NCBI GenBank assembly: GCA_037481615.1
Contig: JBBFLI010000023.1
Reading direction: 5' to 3' (one strand)
DNA length: 64,000 bases
Source of the DNA: Desulfobacterales bacterium
Lineage (GTDB): Bacteria; Desulfobacterota; Desulfobacteria; Desulfobacterales; SpSt-501
The notes beneath the pieces are model-generated. The model had not been told where the DNA came from and did not search any database. It saw only the letters and a program-made list of their open reading frames with translations. Positions 47,209 to 58,249 of the stretch are shown piece after piece. The position numbers and the translations under genes are program-made. Position 1 is the first letter of the stretch; each line of letters begins with the position of its first letter.

Positions 47209-47958
47209 GTGTTGAACCCCCGCGAGTCGACCCCTCTCTATCTCGGCCTGCGCGAGCTTCTCCGCGGCAAGCTCGCCGCGGGGGAGTATCCCCCCGACCA
47301 GGCGATCCCCTCCGAGCGCGAGCTCTGCCGGGCCTACGGGGTGAGCCGCATCACGGTGCGCCAGGCGATTGCGGGGCTGATCCACGAGGGGCTCCTCTAC
47401 CGCCGTCCGGGCAAGGGGACTTACGCCGCCCCGCGCAAGGTGAGCCAGGGGCTCTCCCGCTTCGTCAGTTTCGCGCAGACGGTCGAACAGATCGGGCTTG
47501 CACCCGCCACGCGCATCCTCTTCGCCGGAAGCTCCCCCCCCGACCCGGAGGCGGCCGCGGTGCTCGGCCTCGACCCCGAAGAGCCCTGTGCCCGGCTCGA
47601 GCTGCTCGGCCTGGGGGACGGCAGACCTCTCGTGGTGTACGATTCGCTTTTCGCGCCGGGCGCGGGGGAGGCGATCCTGAGCGCGGCCGGCCGCCGCGAA
47701 CGCGCGGGGCGGCCTTTTTCGACCTACGAACTCTGGGAGGAAACGCCCGGCCTGCGGCCGGTGCGCGTGCGGCAGACGCTCGAGGCGCTTTGCGCCGCGG
47801 GGGGCGCGGCGAAGGCGCTCGCCGTCAAACCCGGCCAGGCGCTCCTCCGGGTGGTCTCGGTGTTCGAGGACCGCCGCGGCCGGCCGCTCGAGTTCCGGCG
47901 GGCCCTCTACCGCGGAGACCTCTACAAGTTCCACGTGGTGCGCGATCTCGCCGGGTAG
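47209..47958 (+). CDS. GntR-family regulator (HutC/UTRA type)
   Basis: IPSERELCRAYGVSRITVRQAI..GKGTY; UTRA-like C-terminus RPLEF..YRGDLY. Confidence 0.9.
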   Translation: MLNPRESTPLYLGLRELLRGKLAAGEYPPDQAIPSERELCRAYGVSRITVRQAIAGLIHEGLLYRRPGKGTYAAPRKVSQGLSRFVSFAQTVEQIGLAPATRILFAGSSPPDPEAAAVLGLDPEEPCARLELLGLGDGRPLVVYDSLFAPGAGEAILSAAGRRERAGRPFSTYELWEETPGLRPVRVRQTLEALCAAGGAAKALAVKPGQALLRVVSVFEDRRGRPLEFRRALYRGDLYKFHVVRDLAG

Positions 47959-48168
47959 GCCGGCCGCCGAGGCCGGCTCGACGGACGGCCGCGCTTCCCG
48001 GCCCGCCCCGCCTGCCGCCGCCGCGAAGGGACGCTCCCCGCGGCGGGTCTCCCCCCGCACGCGGGTGCCCTTCCGTCGGCCGCGCCGCAAACGGCCGGGG
48101 CGGATCCCGCCGCTTTCCCCGATCGGCCCGAGCGGCGGGAAACGGGCGCGACGGATTCGTTTTTCCGG

Positions 48169-48214
48169 TTGACAGCGCTTGGGCGCAACTGGTAATGACC
48201 GGATAAGACCAGTT
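48169..48214 (+). promoter_or_regulatory. Promoter with overlapping GntR-like operator(s) for the TAXI operon
   Basis: TTGACA at 48169-48174 and GGTAAT at 48191-48196. Inverted repeat AACTGGT-N14-ACCAGTT built from two tandem TGGTAATGACCG/CGGATAAGACCA sites. Confidence 0.65.
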
Positions 48215-48294
48215 TCGGGTTCCCGCAGCGCAGGCAACACCCCTTTCCGGCGACCGAGGGTCGCCGCCTTCCCGCCCCGGGAAAGGAGGAAGCC

Positions 48295-49326
48295 ATGCAC
48301 GCCCCCCGTCTCCGTCCGTGTGTCCGATTGCTTTCCGTTCTGGCCGCCCTGTCCCTCGTTCTGGCCGCCGATCCCCCCGCGGCCGAGGCGCAGGTCCGCA
48401 ACCTGAACATGGGCAGCACCTCGTCCACCTCGCCCGTCTACGCCTGGGCGGTCGCCACCGCCAACGTCATCAACAAGGCGAACGCGGGCCTGAACGTCAC
48501 CGTCGTCGAAAGCGGGGCGGCGCTCGACAACCTGCGCAAGCTCAAGGAGGGGGTTTTCGATTTCGCCCTCTCGATCGACATCCCCTCGGCCATGCAGATG
48601 TACCACGGGATCGACTCCTTCAAGGGCCAGCCCTGGAAGGACGTGCGCGTGCTCTTCATCCGCAACGTGACCGTGGACCGGGTCTACGTCCGCAAGGACG
48701 CGGGCGTGAAGACCTTCAAGGATCTGGGCGGCAAGAAGTTCTCGCCGGGAATCCCGGGCGCCTCCTCGACCGCCTACATGATGAAGTTCAACGAGGTCCT
48801 CAAGGCGAACATCGCCTTCGTCCCGGGAACACTCGCCGACTCGATCGCGGCGCTGCAGACGAACCGCATCGTGGGGCTGCAGAAGACGAGCCCCGTGCAG
48901 GCCATGGACTCCTCGCTGATCGAGGTGAACCTCACCACCCCCCTGACCGTGATCGGCTTCACCCCCGAGGACGTGGCCGCGATCACCAAGGCCTACCCCT
49001 ACATCCCCTTCATCGAAACCCCCCGGGGGACGATCGCTCAGCTGCCCGATGCCGGCCCGATGCACGAGCTCGCCCCCATCGTCGGCGCGATGGCGCCGAA
49101 GGATCTCCCGGAGGACGTCGCCTATCGCATCGTCAAGGCCTACGTCGCCGGCCTGCCGGAGGTCGCCGTCTCCTATCCGGCGGTCAAGGGCTGGGACCCG
49201 GTCGCCGACCTCTTCCGTTACGTGCCCGAGGGGGCCGAGGTGCCGGCGCACGCGGGTCTCGTGCGCTATGCGCGCGAGCGCGGCATCGAGGTGCCGAAAC
49301 GCTTCCTGCCCCCGGAAGTGAAGTAG
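48295..49326 (+). CDS. TAXI-family TRAP solute-binding protein
   Basis: Signal peptide; MGSTSSTS..Y, ESGAALDNL, DLGGKKFSPG.PG, PAHAGLVRY. Confidence 0.88.
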   Translation: MHAPRLRPCVRLLSVLAALSLVLAADPPAAEAQVRNLNMGSTSSTSPVYAWAVATANVINKANAGLNVTVVESGAALDNLRKLKEGVFDFALSIDIPSAMQMYHGIDSFKGQPWKDVRVLFIRNVTVDRVYVRKDAGVKTFKDLGGKKFSPGIPGASSTAYMMKFNEVLKANIAFVPGTLADSIAALQTNRIVGLQKTSPVQAMDSSLIEVNLTTPLTVIGFTPEDVAAITKAYPYIPFIETPRGTIAQLPDAGPMHELAPIVGAMAPKDLPEDVAYRIVKAYVAGLPEVAVSYPAVKGWDPVADLFRYVPEGAEVPAHAGLVRYARERGIEVPKRFLPPEVK

Positions 49327-49396
49327 GCCGGTCAGGATCCCCCCTTTTTCGCGCCCGCCCGAGGCGGCGGGCGCCGGCCGAGGAGGGGCCCGCCCC

Positions 49397-51283
49397 ATGC
49401 TGCCGGAGAAGGGCTTCACGACGCGGAACATCCTCTTTGTCGGCGGGCTCGGCTTCGCCCTCTTTCAGCTCATCCTGCCCGTCTTCGTGCACCTGATCGA
49501 CATCGAGCTGCGGGCCCTCCATGTCCTCTTCGGCATCTCGCTCGCCTTCTTCCAGTACCCCTTCCGCCCCGGCCGCGAGCGCAAGCGGCCGGGCTTCTTC
49601 ACCTGGCTCGCGGCGGCGGCCGTGGCGGCGGCGACGCTCAACATCTTTTTCAAGGCGATGGACATCTACGCCCAGCCCGGCACCGCCGGCACGGTGGACC
49701 TCGCCCTCGGCGCGGTGCTCTTCGTTCTCGTCCTGGAAGCCGGACGGCGCTCGATGGGGATCGCGGCCCCGATCCTGCTGCTCGCGCTCGTCGCCTACAT
49801 CTATTTCGCCCCCTATTTCCCCGGCATCTGGCAGATGCGCCGGCTTTCCTGGTCCTTTCTGATCGGCTCGGTCTACTACTCGCCGCTCGGGATCTTCGGC
49901 GGGGTGACCGGCATGTCGGCGACCTTCATCGCCATGTTCGTCCTCTTCGGGGCGCTGCTCTCGGTGACCGGCGGCGGGCGGACCTTCATCGATCTCGCGC
50001 TTGCGCTCACGGGACGCTTCACGGGCGGGCCGGCCAAGACCGCCGTCGTGGCGAGTTCCCTCTTCGGGAGCATCTCCGGCAGCGCCGTCGCCAACGTCAT
50101 GGTGACCGGGAACTACACCATCCCGCTCATGAAGAAGTACGGCTACGAGCCCGAGTTCGCGGCCTCGGTCGAGTCGATCGCCTCGACCGGCGGCGGGGTG
50201 ACCCCGCCGATCATGAGCATCACGGCCTTCATGATGGCCGAGTTCCTGGGCCTCTCCTACCTCAAGATCATCGGCTACGCCCTGATCCCCTGCATCCTCT
50301 ACTACACGGGGGTGATGGCCGGGGTACACTTCCGCACCGTGCGCCTGGGCCTGAAAGGGCTGCCGCGCGAGGAGATCCCGCCCTGGTCGGAGATCCTGCG
50401 CTTCAAGAAGCTCTCCGGTTTTCTCGTCCCCACGGTGGCGCTGCTCTTCCTGATCTTTTCGGGTTATCCCCTGGTCGAGGCGGGCTTCTGGGCCTCGGCC
50501 GCGGCCCTGGCCGTCTACGTCGTCAACCACGTGCGCGAGACGGGCGCCCGCGACCTCGCCGCCGGGGTCCTGCGCGCCCTCAGCGCGGGCGGCCTCGACA
50601 TCGTGCGTCTGGTCCCGATCCTCGTCTGCATGAGCGTCCTCGTGAACCTGATCGGCGTGACGGGGCTCGCCCCCAAGCTGAGTGCGGTGATCCTCGAGAT
50701 CGGCACCGAGAACCTCTACCTCTCGCTGCTGATCGCCTCGATTCTGCCGCTCGTTCTCGGAACCGCGCTGCCGGTGGTGCCGACCTACCTGCTTTCGATG
50801 TCGATTCTGACCCCCGCGCTCCTCAAGCTCGGCGTGGACGAGGTCGCCGCCCATCTCTTTTACATCTACTGGGGGGTTCTCGGGGCGATCACGCCGCCCA
50901 CCTGCGAGGCCGCGGTCGTCGCCGCCGGGATCGCCAAGGGGAACTGGGTGCGGACCGCAAACTACGCTATGAAACTGGGCGCCGTCGCCTTCTGCCTGCC
51001 CTACTTCATGGTCCTGCACCCCGCGCTCGTCGCCCGGGACACCCCGGAGCGGATCGCGATCGCCGCGGTCACCGGTTTTCTGGGCGCCGTCAGCATGGCC
51101 TACGGGCTCTTCGGGCGCGCCCCGTCGCGCTGGAACCCCCTGTTGCGGGTTGTCTTCTTCGCCGGCGGCATGCTGCTGCTCTTCCCGGGGATCGAGGCCT
51201 CGGCGGCCGGCCTCGGGGTGGTCGCCGCGGCTCTGGTCTTGAACCGCCTCCTCGGCGCCGTCCGCGGCGCACCCGCCGCCTGA
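49397..51283 (+). CDS. TAXI-TRAP fused permease (4TM/12TM)
   Basis: GGPAKTAVVASSLFGSISGSAVANV, ESIASTGGGVTPPIM, AHLFYIYWGVLGAITPP. Confidence 0.92.
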   Translation: MLPEKGFTTRNILFVGGLGFALFQLILPVFVHLIDIELRALHVLFGISLAFFQYPFRPGRERKRPGFFTWLAAAAVAAATLNIFFKAMDIYAQPGTAGTVDLALGAVLFVLVLEAGRRSMGIAAPILLLALVAYIYFAPYFPGIWQMRRLSWSFLIGSVYYSPLGIFGGVTGMSATFIAMFVLFGALLSVTGGGRTFIDLALALTGRFTGGPAKTAVVASSLFGSISGSAVANVMVTGNYTIPLMKKYGYEPEFAASVESIASTGGGVTPPIMSITAFMMAEFLGLSYLKIIGYALIPCILYYTGVMAGVHFRTVRLGLKGLPREEIPPWSEILRFKKLSGFLVPTVALLFLIFSGYPLVEAGFWASAAALAVYVVNHVRETGARDLAAGVLRALSAGGLDIVRLVPILVCMSVLVNLIGVTGLAPKLSAVILEIGTENLYLSLLIASILPLVLGTALPVVPTYLLSMSILTPALLKLGVDEVAAHLFYIYWGVLGAITPPTCEAAVVAAGIAKGNWVRTANYAMKLGAVAFCLPYFMVLHPALVARDTPERIAIAAVTGFLGAVSMAYGLFGRAPSRWNPLLRVVFFAGGMLLLFPGIEASAAGLGVVAAALVLNRLLGAVRGAPAA

Positions 51284-51299
51284 GCGGCCCGGCGGAGGG

Positions 51300-52709
51300 A
51301 TGGGAAAGGACACCGTCATGGCTCGAAAGAGGGAATCGCTGCGCATTCTCTGCCCGAACGGGCATCTGGGCTTCGCCCCGACCAAGGAGGAGAGCTTCTG
51401 GATCGGGGCCGAGACCCGCCCCGACTATTACTGCTGCGACTCGGGCTCCGACGACATCGGCCCCGTGCCCCTCGGCACGGACACGAGTGTCAGCCCCTAC
51501 GACTGGCAGATGCACGACCTCGAGCTGATGCTCCTCGCCGCGCGCCGCCAGGGGGTGCCGATGATGATCGGCTCCGCGGGCGACACCGGGACGAACAGCC
51601 GGGTCGAGCGCTACATCGAGATCATCCGCAAGCTCGCCCGCAAGCACCGGCTGAAACCCTTCAAGCTCGTCGCCTTCTACTCCGAGCTCGACAAGGCCGA
51701 TCTCCGGCGGCGGATGGAATCCGGGGTCGTGGTGGCCGGCCTCGACAACCGCCCCCCCCTCACCCTCGAGGAGCTCGCGGCGACCGAGCGCATCGTCGCC
51801 ATGGCCGGGGTCCACCCCTTCATGCAGGCGCTCGCCCGGGGGGGCGACGTCGTGATCGGCGGCCGCAGCAGCGACGCGGCGATCTTCGCCGCGGCCGCCC
51901 TGTACGAGGGTTTCCCGGAGGCGCACGCCTACTACCTCGGCAAGGTGCTCGAGTGCGCCTCTTTCTGCGCCGAACCCTACATGGCGAAGGAGACCGTGAT
52001 CGGCACGGTGACCGACCGGGATGTCACCGTGACCGCCATGCACCCGGCGCAGCGCTGCACGGTCGCCTCGGTCGCCGGGCACGCGATGTACGAACGCTCG
52101 AACGCCTTCTACGAGCATTTCGCCGGCGGCACCCTCGACATGACCGGCTGCCGCTACGAGCAGGTGGACGAAAAGAGCACGCGCGTCACGGGGCAGCGCT
52201 TCATCCCTTCCGCGGACGGCATCCGCGTCAAGCTCGAGGGCTCGGGCCGGGTGGGCGAGCGCTTCATCGGCATCGTCGGCATCCGCGACCCCTATTCCAT
52301 CCTCCACATCGACCAGGTGATCGGCTGGGCCCGCAGCCAGGTCGAGGAGCGCTTCGCGGGCCGGCCCTACGAACTCTACTACCACGTCTACGGCCGAAAC
52401 GGCGTTATGGGCGATCTCGAGCCCGTGCGCGAAATCCGCAGCCACGAGCTCTGCATCGTCGTCGAGGGGGTCGCCCCCACGGCGGAGATGGCCGAGGAGG
52501 TGACGCTCATCGGCTCGCGCCAGATCTTCTACGCCCGGCTGCCCGAGGTGAAGGGCACGGCGGGGACGGCCGCCTTCGTGATCGACGGGGTCCTGCCGGC
52601 GCCGCCCGCCTACCGCTGGACCCTGAACCACGTGCTGCCGGTCGACGATCCGCTGGAGCTGTTCCCGCTCCGCGAGATGGTCATCCGCGACGGGGAGGAG
52701 GGGGCATGA
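51300..52709 (+). CDS. AtuA-family (DUF1446-like) protein
   Basis: LRILCPNGHLGF, DSGSDDIGP, IGSAGDTG, VAMAGVHP, VIGGRSSD, GKVLECASFCAEP, SVAGHAMYE; alternative start 51318. Confidence 0.8.
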   Translation: MGKDTVMARKRESLRILCPNGHLGFAPTKEESFWIGAETRPDYYCCDSGSDDIGPVPLGTDTSVSPYDWQMHDLELMLLAARRQGVPMMIGSAGDTGTNSRVERYIEIIRKLARKHRLKPFKLVAFYSELDKADLRRRMESGVVVAGLDNRPPLTLEELAATERIVAMAGVHPFMQALARGGDVVIGGRSSDAAIFAAAALYEGFPEAHAYYLGKVLECASFCAEPYMAKETVIGTVTDRDVTVTAMHPAQRCTVASVAGHAMYERSNAFYEHFAGGTLDMTGCRYEQVDEKSTRVTGQRFIPSADGIRVKLEGSGRVGERFIGIVGIRDPYSILHIDQVIGWARSQVEERFAGRPYELYYHVYGRNGVMGDLEPVREIRSHELCIVVEGVAPTAEMAEEVTLIGSRQIFYARLPEVKGTAGTAAFVIDGVLPAPPAYRWTLNHVLPVDDPLELFPLREMVIRDGEEGA

Positions 52710-53032
52710 AGACGGCCAGGCTCGTCGATCTCGCCAAGACGATCCGCAGCAAGAACGCCGGGACCGACAAGATCACCTTCGACATCATCTTCCGCGAGCG
52801 GGAAAACTACGAGCGGGTGAAGAAAAGCGGTGTGCTCACCCGCCAGCGCGTGGCCGCCCTCTTCGGCATCCCCGAGGAGCGGATCAGCGACTTCCACGAC
52901 TTCGACCCCGCGCTGGCGATCAAGTTCACCCTCTACCGCAGCCGGCCGAGCGGAAGCCCCGGCGAGAGCGACATCTTCGGCTGCCAGCAGTACCCGCCGC
53001 TGCTCGATCTCGAGGTGCCCTGGGACGACTGA
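52706..53032 (+). CDS. DUF4387-family protein
   Basis: ATGA overlap; LAKTIRSKNAG..ITFDIIF, AIKFT, GESDIFGCQQYPPL. Confidence 0.85.
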   Translation: MKTARLVDLAKTIRSKNAGTDKITFDIIFRERENYERVKKSGVLTRQRVAALFGIPEERISDFHDFDPALAIKFTLYRSRPSGSPGESDIFGCQQYPPLLDLEVPWDD

Positions 53033-53034
53033 AA

Positions 53035-53050
53035 CCGGGGCTTCCCCCGG
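53035..53050. terminator. Short hairpin between the convergent DUF4387 and putA genes
   Basis: CCGGGG-CTTC-CCCCGG with only a short T run on the minus strand. Confidence 0.35.
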
Positions 53051-53054
53051 CCGC

Positions 53055-56000
53055 TCAGTCCTCGAAACGCGGCGCCTGGAAGCCCAGGTTTCCCCAGCGG
53101 TGGGTGTCGATCGAGAGGCTCTGCCCGCGGAGCACGTGGAGGAGTTCGAGGCGGCCCTCCATGAGGACGGGGGCGCGGGCCACATGGACGCCGTGTTCGG
53201 CCGCCGCGGCGAGCAGCCGCGGCGAGACCCGGCCGGGCGCGGCGGCCCGGATGCGGCACCGGTCGTCGAGAACGCCGATCAGCCCCTCCTCGTCCTCCTC
53301 GACCACCCGGGCGCCCGCGGCGAGGAGGCGCCCCTCCGGCCCGCGCAGGAAGCGCACGGCGGCGGTCTCCAGTCCCGGCGGCAGGCTGATGCGCACGCGG
53401 TTTCCCGCCGCGCGCGCCGCGGCCACGCGCGCAACGGTCTCGAAGAGCCCGTCTTCCGGGTGCACGCGCACGACGACCGTCCCCGCCGGGAGAAACCGGT
53501 GCCGGTTCTCCTGTCCCCGCAGGTGATAGGCGTCCTGCGGGGCGAACTCCCGCTCCATCGCGGCGAGAGCGCTTCGCAGGGCGAAGACCGCCCGGCGGAT
53601 CTCCCCGGCCTCCTCTGCCGCGAAACGGCCCCAGGCCAGCTGCTCCTCCCAGCGGCCGGCGAGCCGCCAGAGGGGCGAGGTCTCCCGGACCGGCTCGAGC
53701 GGCGGCGGCCCGGTCTCCGCGAAATCGAGGAACTGCAACGCGTAGTGGGGTCCCCCCGCCTGGAGGCCTGCGCCGAAGGACGACTTGCCCATCCCCCCGA
53801 AGGGCTGGCGCCCGACGATCGCCCCCGTCGTCGGCCGGTTGATGTAGAGGTTGCCGGCGCGGATGTGATCCCGCCAGTACGCCCACTCGCTCGGGTCGAG
53901 GCTCTCCAGGCCCGCGGTCAGCCCGTAGCCCGTCTGGTTGGCGAGCGCGACGGCCTCTTCGAGATCCCGCGCGCACATCACCGCAAGCACCGGCCCGAAG
54001 AATTCCGTGCGGTGCGCCACGCTCCCCGGCCGGACCCCCCAGCGGATGCCGGGGGTCCACAGCTGCACGTTGTCCCCGAGGCGGCGCGGGGCGGGATCCC
54101 AGAACTCGCCGGGTTCGAGACGGGTCAAGGCCTCCGCGAGGATCCCTTCGGGGGGCCTGACGAGCGGCCCCATGCGGCTCCGAAAATCCCAGGCGGAGCC
54201 GGTGCGGAAGGAGGTCGCCGCATCCGCGAGGCGGCGGCGGAAGGACTCGTCCTCGTAGACCTCGCGCTCGAGGAGGAGCAGCGAGGTCGCCGAGCACTTC
54301 TGGCCGGAATTGCCGAAGGCGGAGACGACGACATGGGCGATCGCCTGGTCGCGATCCGCCGTCGCGGTGACGATGGTCGCGTTCTTGCCGCCGGTCTCGG
54401 CGGAAAGGGAAAGGTCCGGACGCTCCCGCAGGATTTCGCGCGCGGTCTCGGTTCCCCCGGTCAGGATGACGGCGTCGACGCGCGGGTCGAGCACCAGGCG
54501 GCGGCCCGCCTCCGCCCCGGCGCAGGGCACGAAGGCGAGCGCGCTCGGCGGGACCCCCGCCCGGTAGAAGCAGCGGGCGAGCAGCCAGCCCACGGTCACG
54601 GAGAGCGAGGAGGGCTTGAAGACGACCGTGTTCCCGGCGGCGAGCGCGGCGGCGATCCCGCCGCAGGGGATGGAGACCGGGAAGTTCCAGGGGGAGAGCA
54701 CGGCGGTCACCCCCTTGCCCCGGGGGCGCAGGTGGGGGGCGGCAAACCAGCGCCGGAGCGTGAGGGGGTAGTAGCGGGCGAAGTCGACCGCCTCGGAGAC
54801 CTCGGGGTCGGTTTCGGTGAAGAGCTTGCCCGTGGTCGCGGCGGCGGCCCCCAGGAATTCGCCGCGGGCGGTCGCGATTTCCCGGGCGGCGGCGAAGAGA
54901 ATGCGCTCGCGCTCGGCAGGCGTCATCGTCCGCCAGCCGTCCGCATCCTCGCAGGCGGCCGTGATCGCCCGCTCGATCTCGGCCTCCCCGGCCGCCGCCG
55001 TGCGGCTGACCCCGATGCGGCGCGGGAGCGCGTTCGGGTCGATCTCCTCGCGCGCGCCCGCGCCGGGGGCGATCTCTTCGCCGGCGACGACGAGCGGGAC
55101 GGCAAGGGGAGGGGTTCCGGGGGAGCGGCGCCAGCGCTCGCGGATCGCCCGGGCCCAGGCGCGGTTGGCGGCGAGCGCCCAGTCGGTGAAGGGCTCGTTG
55201 CGGAAGGGGGCCTCCGCGGGGAAAACGGCCGTCCCGCCGGCCTCCTCGCCGCGGCGGTCCTGGAGGCGGTGGCTTGCGGGGGGGGTTCGCCCCATGCGGG
55301 CGAGCGAGTCCCGGAAAGCGGCTTCGAGGGACCGCCAGGTCCCGCCGCCCGGCTTGAGGCGGCCGGCGTGGCGCAAAAAGTGCTCCTTGCCCGTGTTTTC
55401 GTCGAGCCGGCGCACGAGGTAGGCGATCGCCGAGAGGAAGTGGCGGCGCTCCGCGGTCGGGGCGTAGGCGAGGACCTCGAAGCCCCGCGCGGCGATCGCG
55501 CGCCGCAGCGGGTTCGCCATGCCCTCGAGCATTTCGATCTGGACCCGGTCCTTCACCCCGCGGCGCTCGGCCAGCCGACAGGCGAAGGCGAGATCGAAGG
55601 GGTTGTGCGAGGCGATGCCGGGGCGGACGGCCCGGGTGCGCTGCGGGTCGAGCAGAAAGGCGACCATGCGCTTCCACTGGGCGTCGGTGTCGGCCTTCCG
55701 CTCGAAGGGGGCGAGGGGCCAGTTGCGGTGGGCGGCCTCGAGGCGCTCCATTTCGAGGTTGGCGCCTTTCACGATCCGGATCTTGATCGGGCTTCCCCCC
55801 GAGGCGACCCGCTGCTCGGCCCAGCGGCACAGCTCGTGCAGGATCGCCAGGGAGTCCGGGAGGTAGGCCTGGAGGGCGATGCCGGCGAAGACGTTTTGGA
55901 ATTCGGGGCGCTCGAGCGTGCGGCGGAAGGCGGCGGCGGTGAGGGCGAGGTCGCGGAAGCCCTCCATATCGAGGGTCACCGTCTTGGGGACCGTGCTCCC

Positions 56001-56681
56001 ATCGGGGCGCAGGAACCGGTTCCCGGCCGCTTCGCGGTAGAGCAGGCCCAGGCGCTCGGCGATGCGGGCCGCGTTCTCCTCGAAGGCGAGCGGCTCCATC
56101 CAGGGGACGAGGCTCGAGATCTTGACCGCGATCTGCTCGACGGCGGGGTTGCGGAGATCTTCGCGGTAGGCCGCGAGAAAGGCCCGGGCTTCGGCTTCGC
56201 CCAGGACCTCCTCGCCGATGCGGTTGAGGTTGACCCGCAGGCCCTCCCGGCGGCGGGCGGCGAGGTACGCCTCGAGCGGGGCCTTCTCGCCGGGGATGAT
56301 CACCGCGCGGCTCTCCCGGCGCAAAGCCGTGAAGACCGTGCGCACGGCCGCGGCCGGGAAGAGGGCCCCGAGACGCAGGAGCAGCCGCAGGGCCGCCCGC
56401 TCGGGGGGGGAAAAGAAGCGCGGGATGCCCTCGGAGGCGAGCAGGGCGGTCATGACGTCGAGGGCGCGCCGCGGGTCGCCGGGGCGGAAGCCGCGGTCGA
56501 TCCAGGCGACGAGCACGGCCTTGTCGTGCGCGGAGGCGGCAAGGCGGGCAAGGCGCAAACCCCGGCGCCGCTCGGCCGCGGTCGCCCGGGCGTTCGCCTC
56601 CTCCCACAACGAGCGCGCGAGGGCGACCGCCTCTTCGGCGGCGGCCGCGATGTCATCCCGGGGGTCGTCGAAGAGGGCCAT
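53055..56681 (-). CDS. putA: Bifunctional proline dehydrogenase / P5C (glutamate semialdehyde) dehydrogenase
   Basis: NLNRIGEEVLG, LDMEG, GIALQAYLPD, RIVKGANL, ASHN, AYLVRRLDEN; ALDH SPWNFP, AETGGKNA, AFGNSGQKCSA, EFFGPVL, QPFGG. No N-terminal RHH domain is evident. Confidence 0.95.
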   Translation of the reverse strand: MALFDDPRDDIAAAAEEAVALARSLWEEANARATAAERRRGLRLARLAASAHDKAVLVAWIDRGFRPGDPRRALDVMTALLASEGIPRFFSPPERAALRLLLRLGALFPAAAVRTVFTALRRESRAVIIPGEKAPLEAYLAARRREGLRVNLNRIGEEVLGEAEARAFLAAYREDLRNPAVEQIAVKISSLVPWMEPLAFEENAARIAERLGLLYREAAGNRFLRPDGSTVPKTVTLDMEGFRDLALTAAAFRRTLERPEFQNVFAGIALQAYLPDSLAILHELCRWAEQRVASGGSPIKIRIVKGANLEMERLEAAHRNWPLAPFERKADTDAQWKRMVAFLLDPQRTRAVRPGIASHNPFDLAFACRLAERRGVKDRVQIEMLEGMANPLRRAIAARGFEVLAYAPTAERRHFLSAIAYLVRRLDENTGKEHFLRHAGRLKPGGGTWRSLEAAFRDSLARMGRTPPASHRLQDRRGEEAGGTAVFPAEAPFRNEPFTDWALAANRAWARAIRERWRRSPGTPPLAVPLVVAGEEIAPGAGAREEIDPNALPRRIGVSRTAAAGEAEIERAITAACEDADGWRTMTPAERERILFAAAREIATARGEFLGAAAATTGKLFTETDPEVSEAVDFARYYPLTLRRWFAAPHLRPRGKGVTAVLSPWNFPVSIPCGGIAAALAAGNTVVFKPSSLSVTVGWLLARCFYRAGVPPSALAFVPCAGAEAGRRLVLDPRVDAVILTGGTETAREILRERPDLSLSAETGGKNATIVTATADRDQAIAHVVVSAFGNSGQKCSATSLLLLEREVYEDESFRRRLADAATSFRTGSAWDFRSRMGPLVRPPEGILAEALTRLEPGEFWDPAPRRLGDNVQLWTPGIRWGVRPGSVAHRTEFFGPVLAVMCARDLEEAVALANQTGYGLTAGLESLDPSEWAYWRDHIRAGNLYINRPTTGAIVGRQPFGGMGKSSFGAGLQAGGPHYALQFLDFAETGPPPLEPVRETSPLWRLAGRWEEQLAWGRFAAEEAGEIRRAVFALRSALAAMEREFAPQDAYHLRGQENRHRFLPAGTVVVRVHPEDGLFETVARVAAARAAGNRVRISLPPGLETAAVRFLRGPEGRLLAAGARVVEEDEEGLIGVLDDRCRIRAAAPGRVSPRLLAAAAEHGVHVARAPVLMEGRLELLHVLRGQSLSIDTHRWGNLGFQAPRFED

Positions 56682-56720
56682 TGCAGAAACCGGGAAGGTG
56701 CCGGAATCCGGTCCGCCGCG

Positions 56721-57434
<714 letters not shown>

Positions 57435-57453
57435 GGCCGCGCCTCCCTTCGCC

Positions 57454-58239
57454 TCAGGCCGCGCGGGCGGAGCCCGCCCCCCCGCGGCCGAGGTAGGCCT
57501 CGATCACCCGCGGGTCGGACTGCACCTCGGCCGGGGTCCCTTCGGCGATCTTCCGGCCGTAGTCGAGGACGGTCACGGTCTCGGAAATCCCCATCACGAC
57601 GCGCATCTGGTGCTCGATCAGCAGAATCGTGATCCCCAGCTCGTCGCGCAGGCGGCGGATGAAGTCCATCAGATCCTGCGACTCGCGGGGGTTCATGCCG
57701 GCCGCGGGCTCGTCGAGGCAGAGCACCTTCGGGCGCGTGGCGAGCGCGCGGGCGATCTCCAGGCGCCGCTGGTCGCCGTAGGGGAGGTTCTTGGCGATCA
57801 TGTCCCCCTTGCCCGCCAGGCCCACGAAGCGCAACAGGCGCGAGGCCTCCTCGTGGGCCTCGCGTTCCTCGCGGCGCACGGCCGGAGTGCCGAGGACGAT
57901 CCCCAGGAAGCCGGACCTCAGGTGGCCGTGCAGGCCGACGAGCACGTTCTCCATGGCCGTGAGGTTGGGGAACAGGCGGATGTTCTGGTAGGTGCGCGCG
58001 ATCCCGCGGCGGACGATCTGGTCGGGCAGAAGGCCGACCAGCGATTGATCCTCGAGCAGAATTTCGCCCGCCTCGGGGCGGTAGAAGCCGGTGACGCAGT
58101 TGAAGAGGGTCGTCTTGCCCGCGCCGTTGGGCCCGATGATGCTGTGGATGCTCCGGCCGCGGATTTCGAGATCCACGTTGTCGATCGCCACCAGCCCGCC
58201 GAATTGCTTGGTCAGTCCGCGGATTTTGAGGATCGGCAT
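57454..58239 (-). CDS. livG: LIV-type ABC transporter ATPase
   Basis: FGGLVA, GPNGAGKTT, LPYGDQRRLEIARAL, LDEPAAG, VIEAYLG. Confidence 0.95.
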   Translation of the reverse strand: MPILKIRGLTKQFGGLVAIDNVDLEIRGRSIHSIIGPNGAGKTTLFNCVTGFYRPEAGEILLEDQSLVGLLPDQIVRRGIARTYQNIRLFPNLTAMENVLVGLHGHLRSGFLGIVLGTPAVRREEREAHEEASRLLRFVGLAGKGDMIAKNLPYGDQRRLEIARALATRPKVLCLDEPAAGMNPRESQDLMDFIRRLRDELGITILLIEHQMRVVMGISETVTVLDYGRKIAEGTPAEVQSDPRVIEAYLGRGGAGSARAA

Positions 58240-58249
58240 GGGGGTCTCC

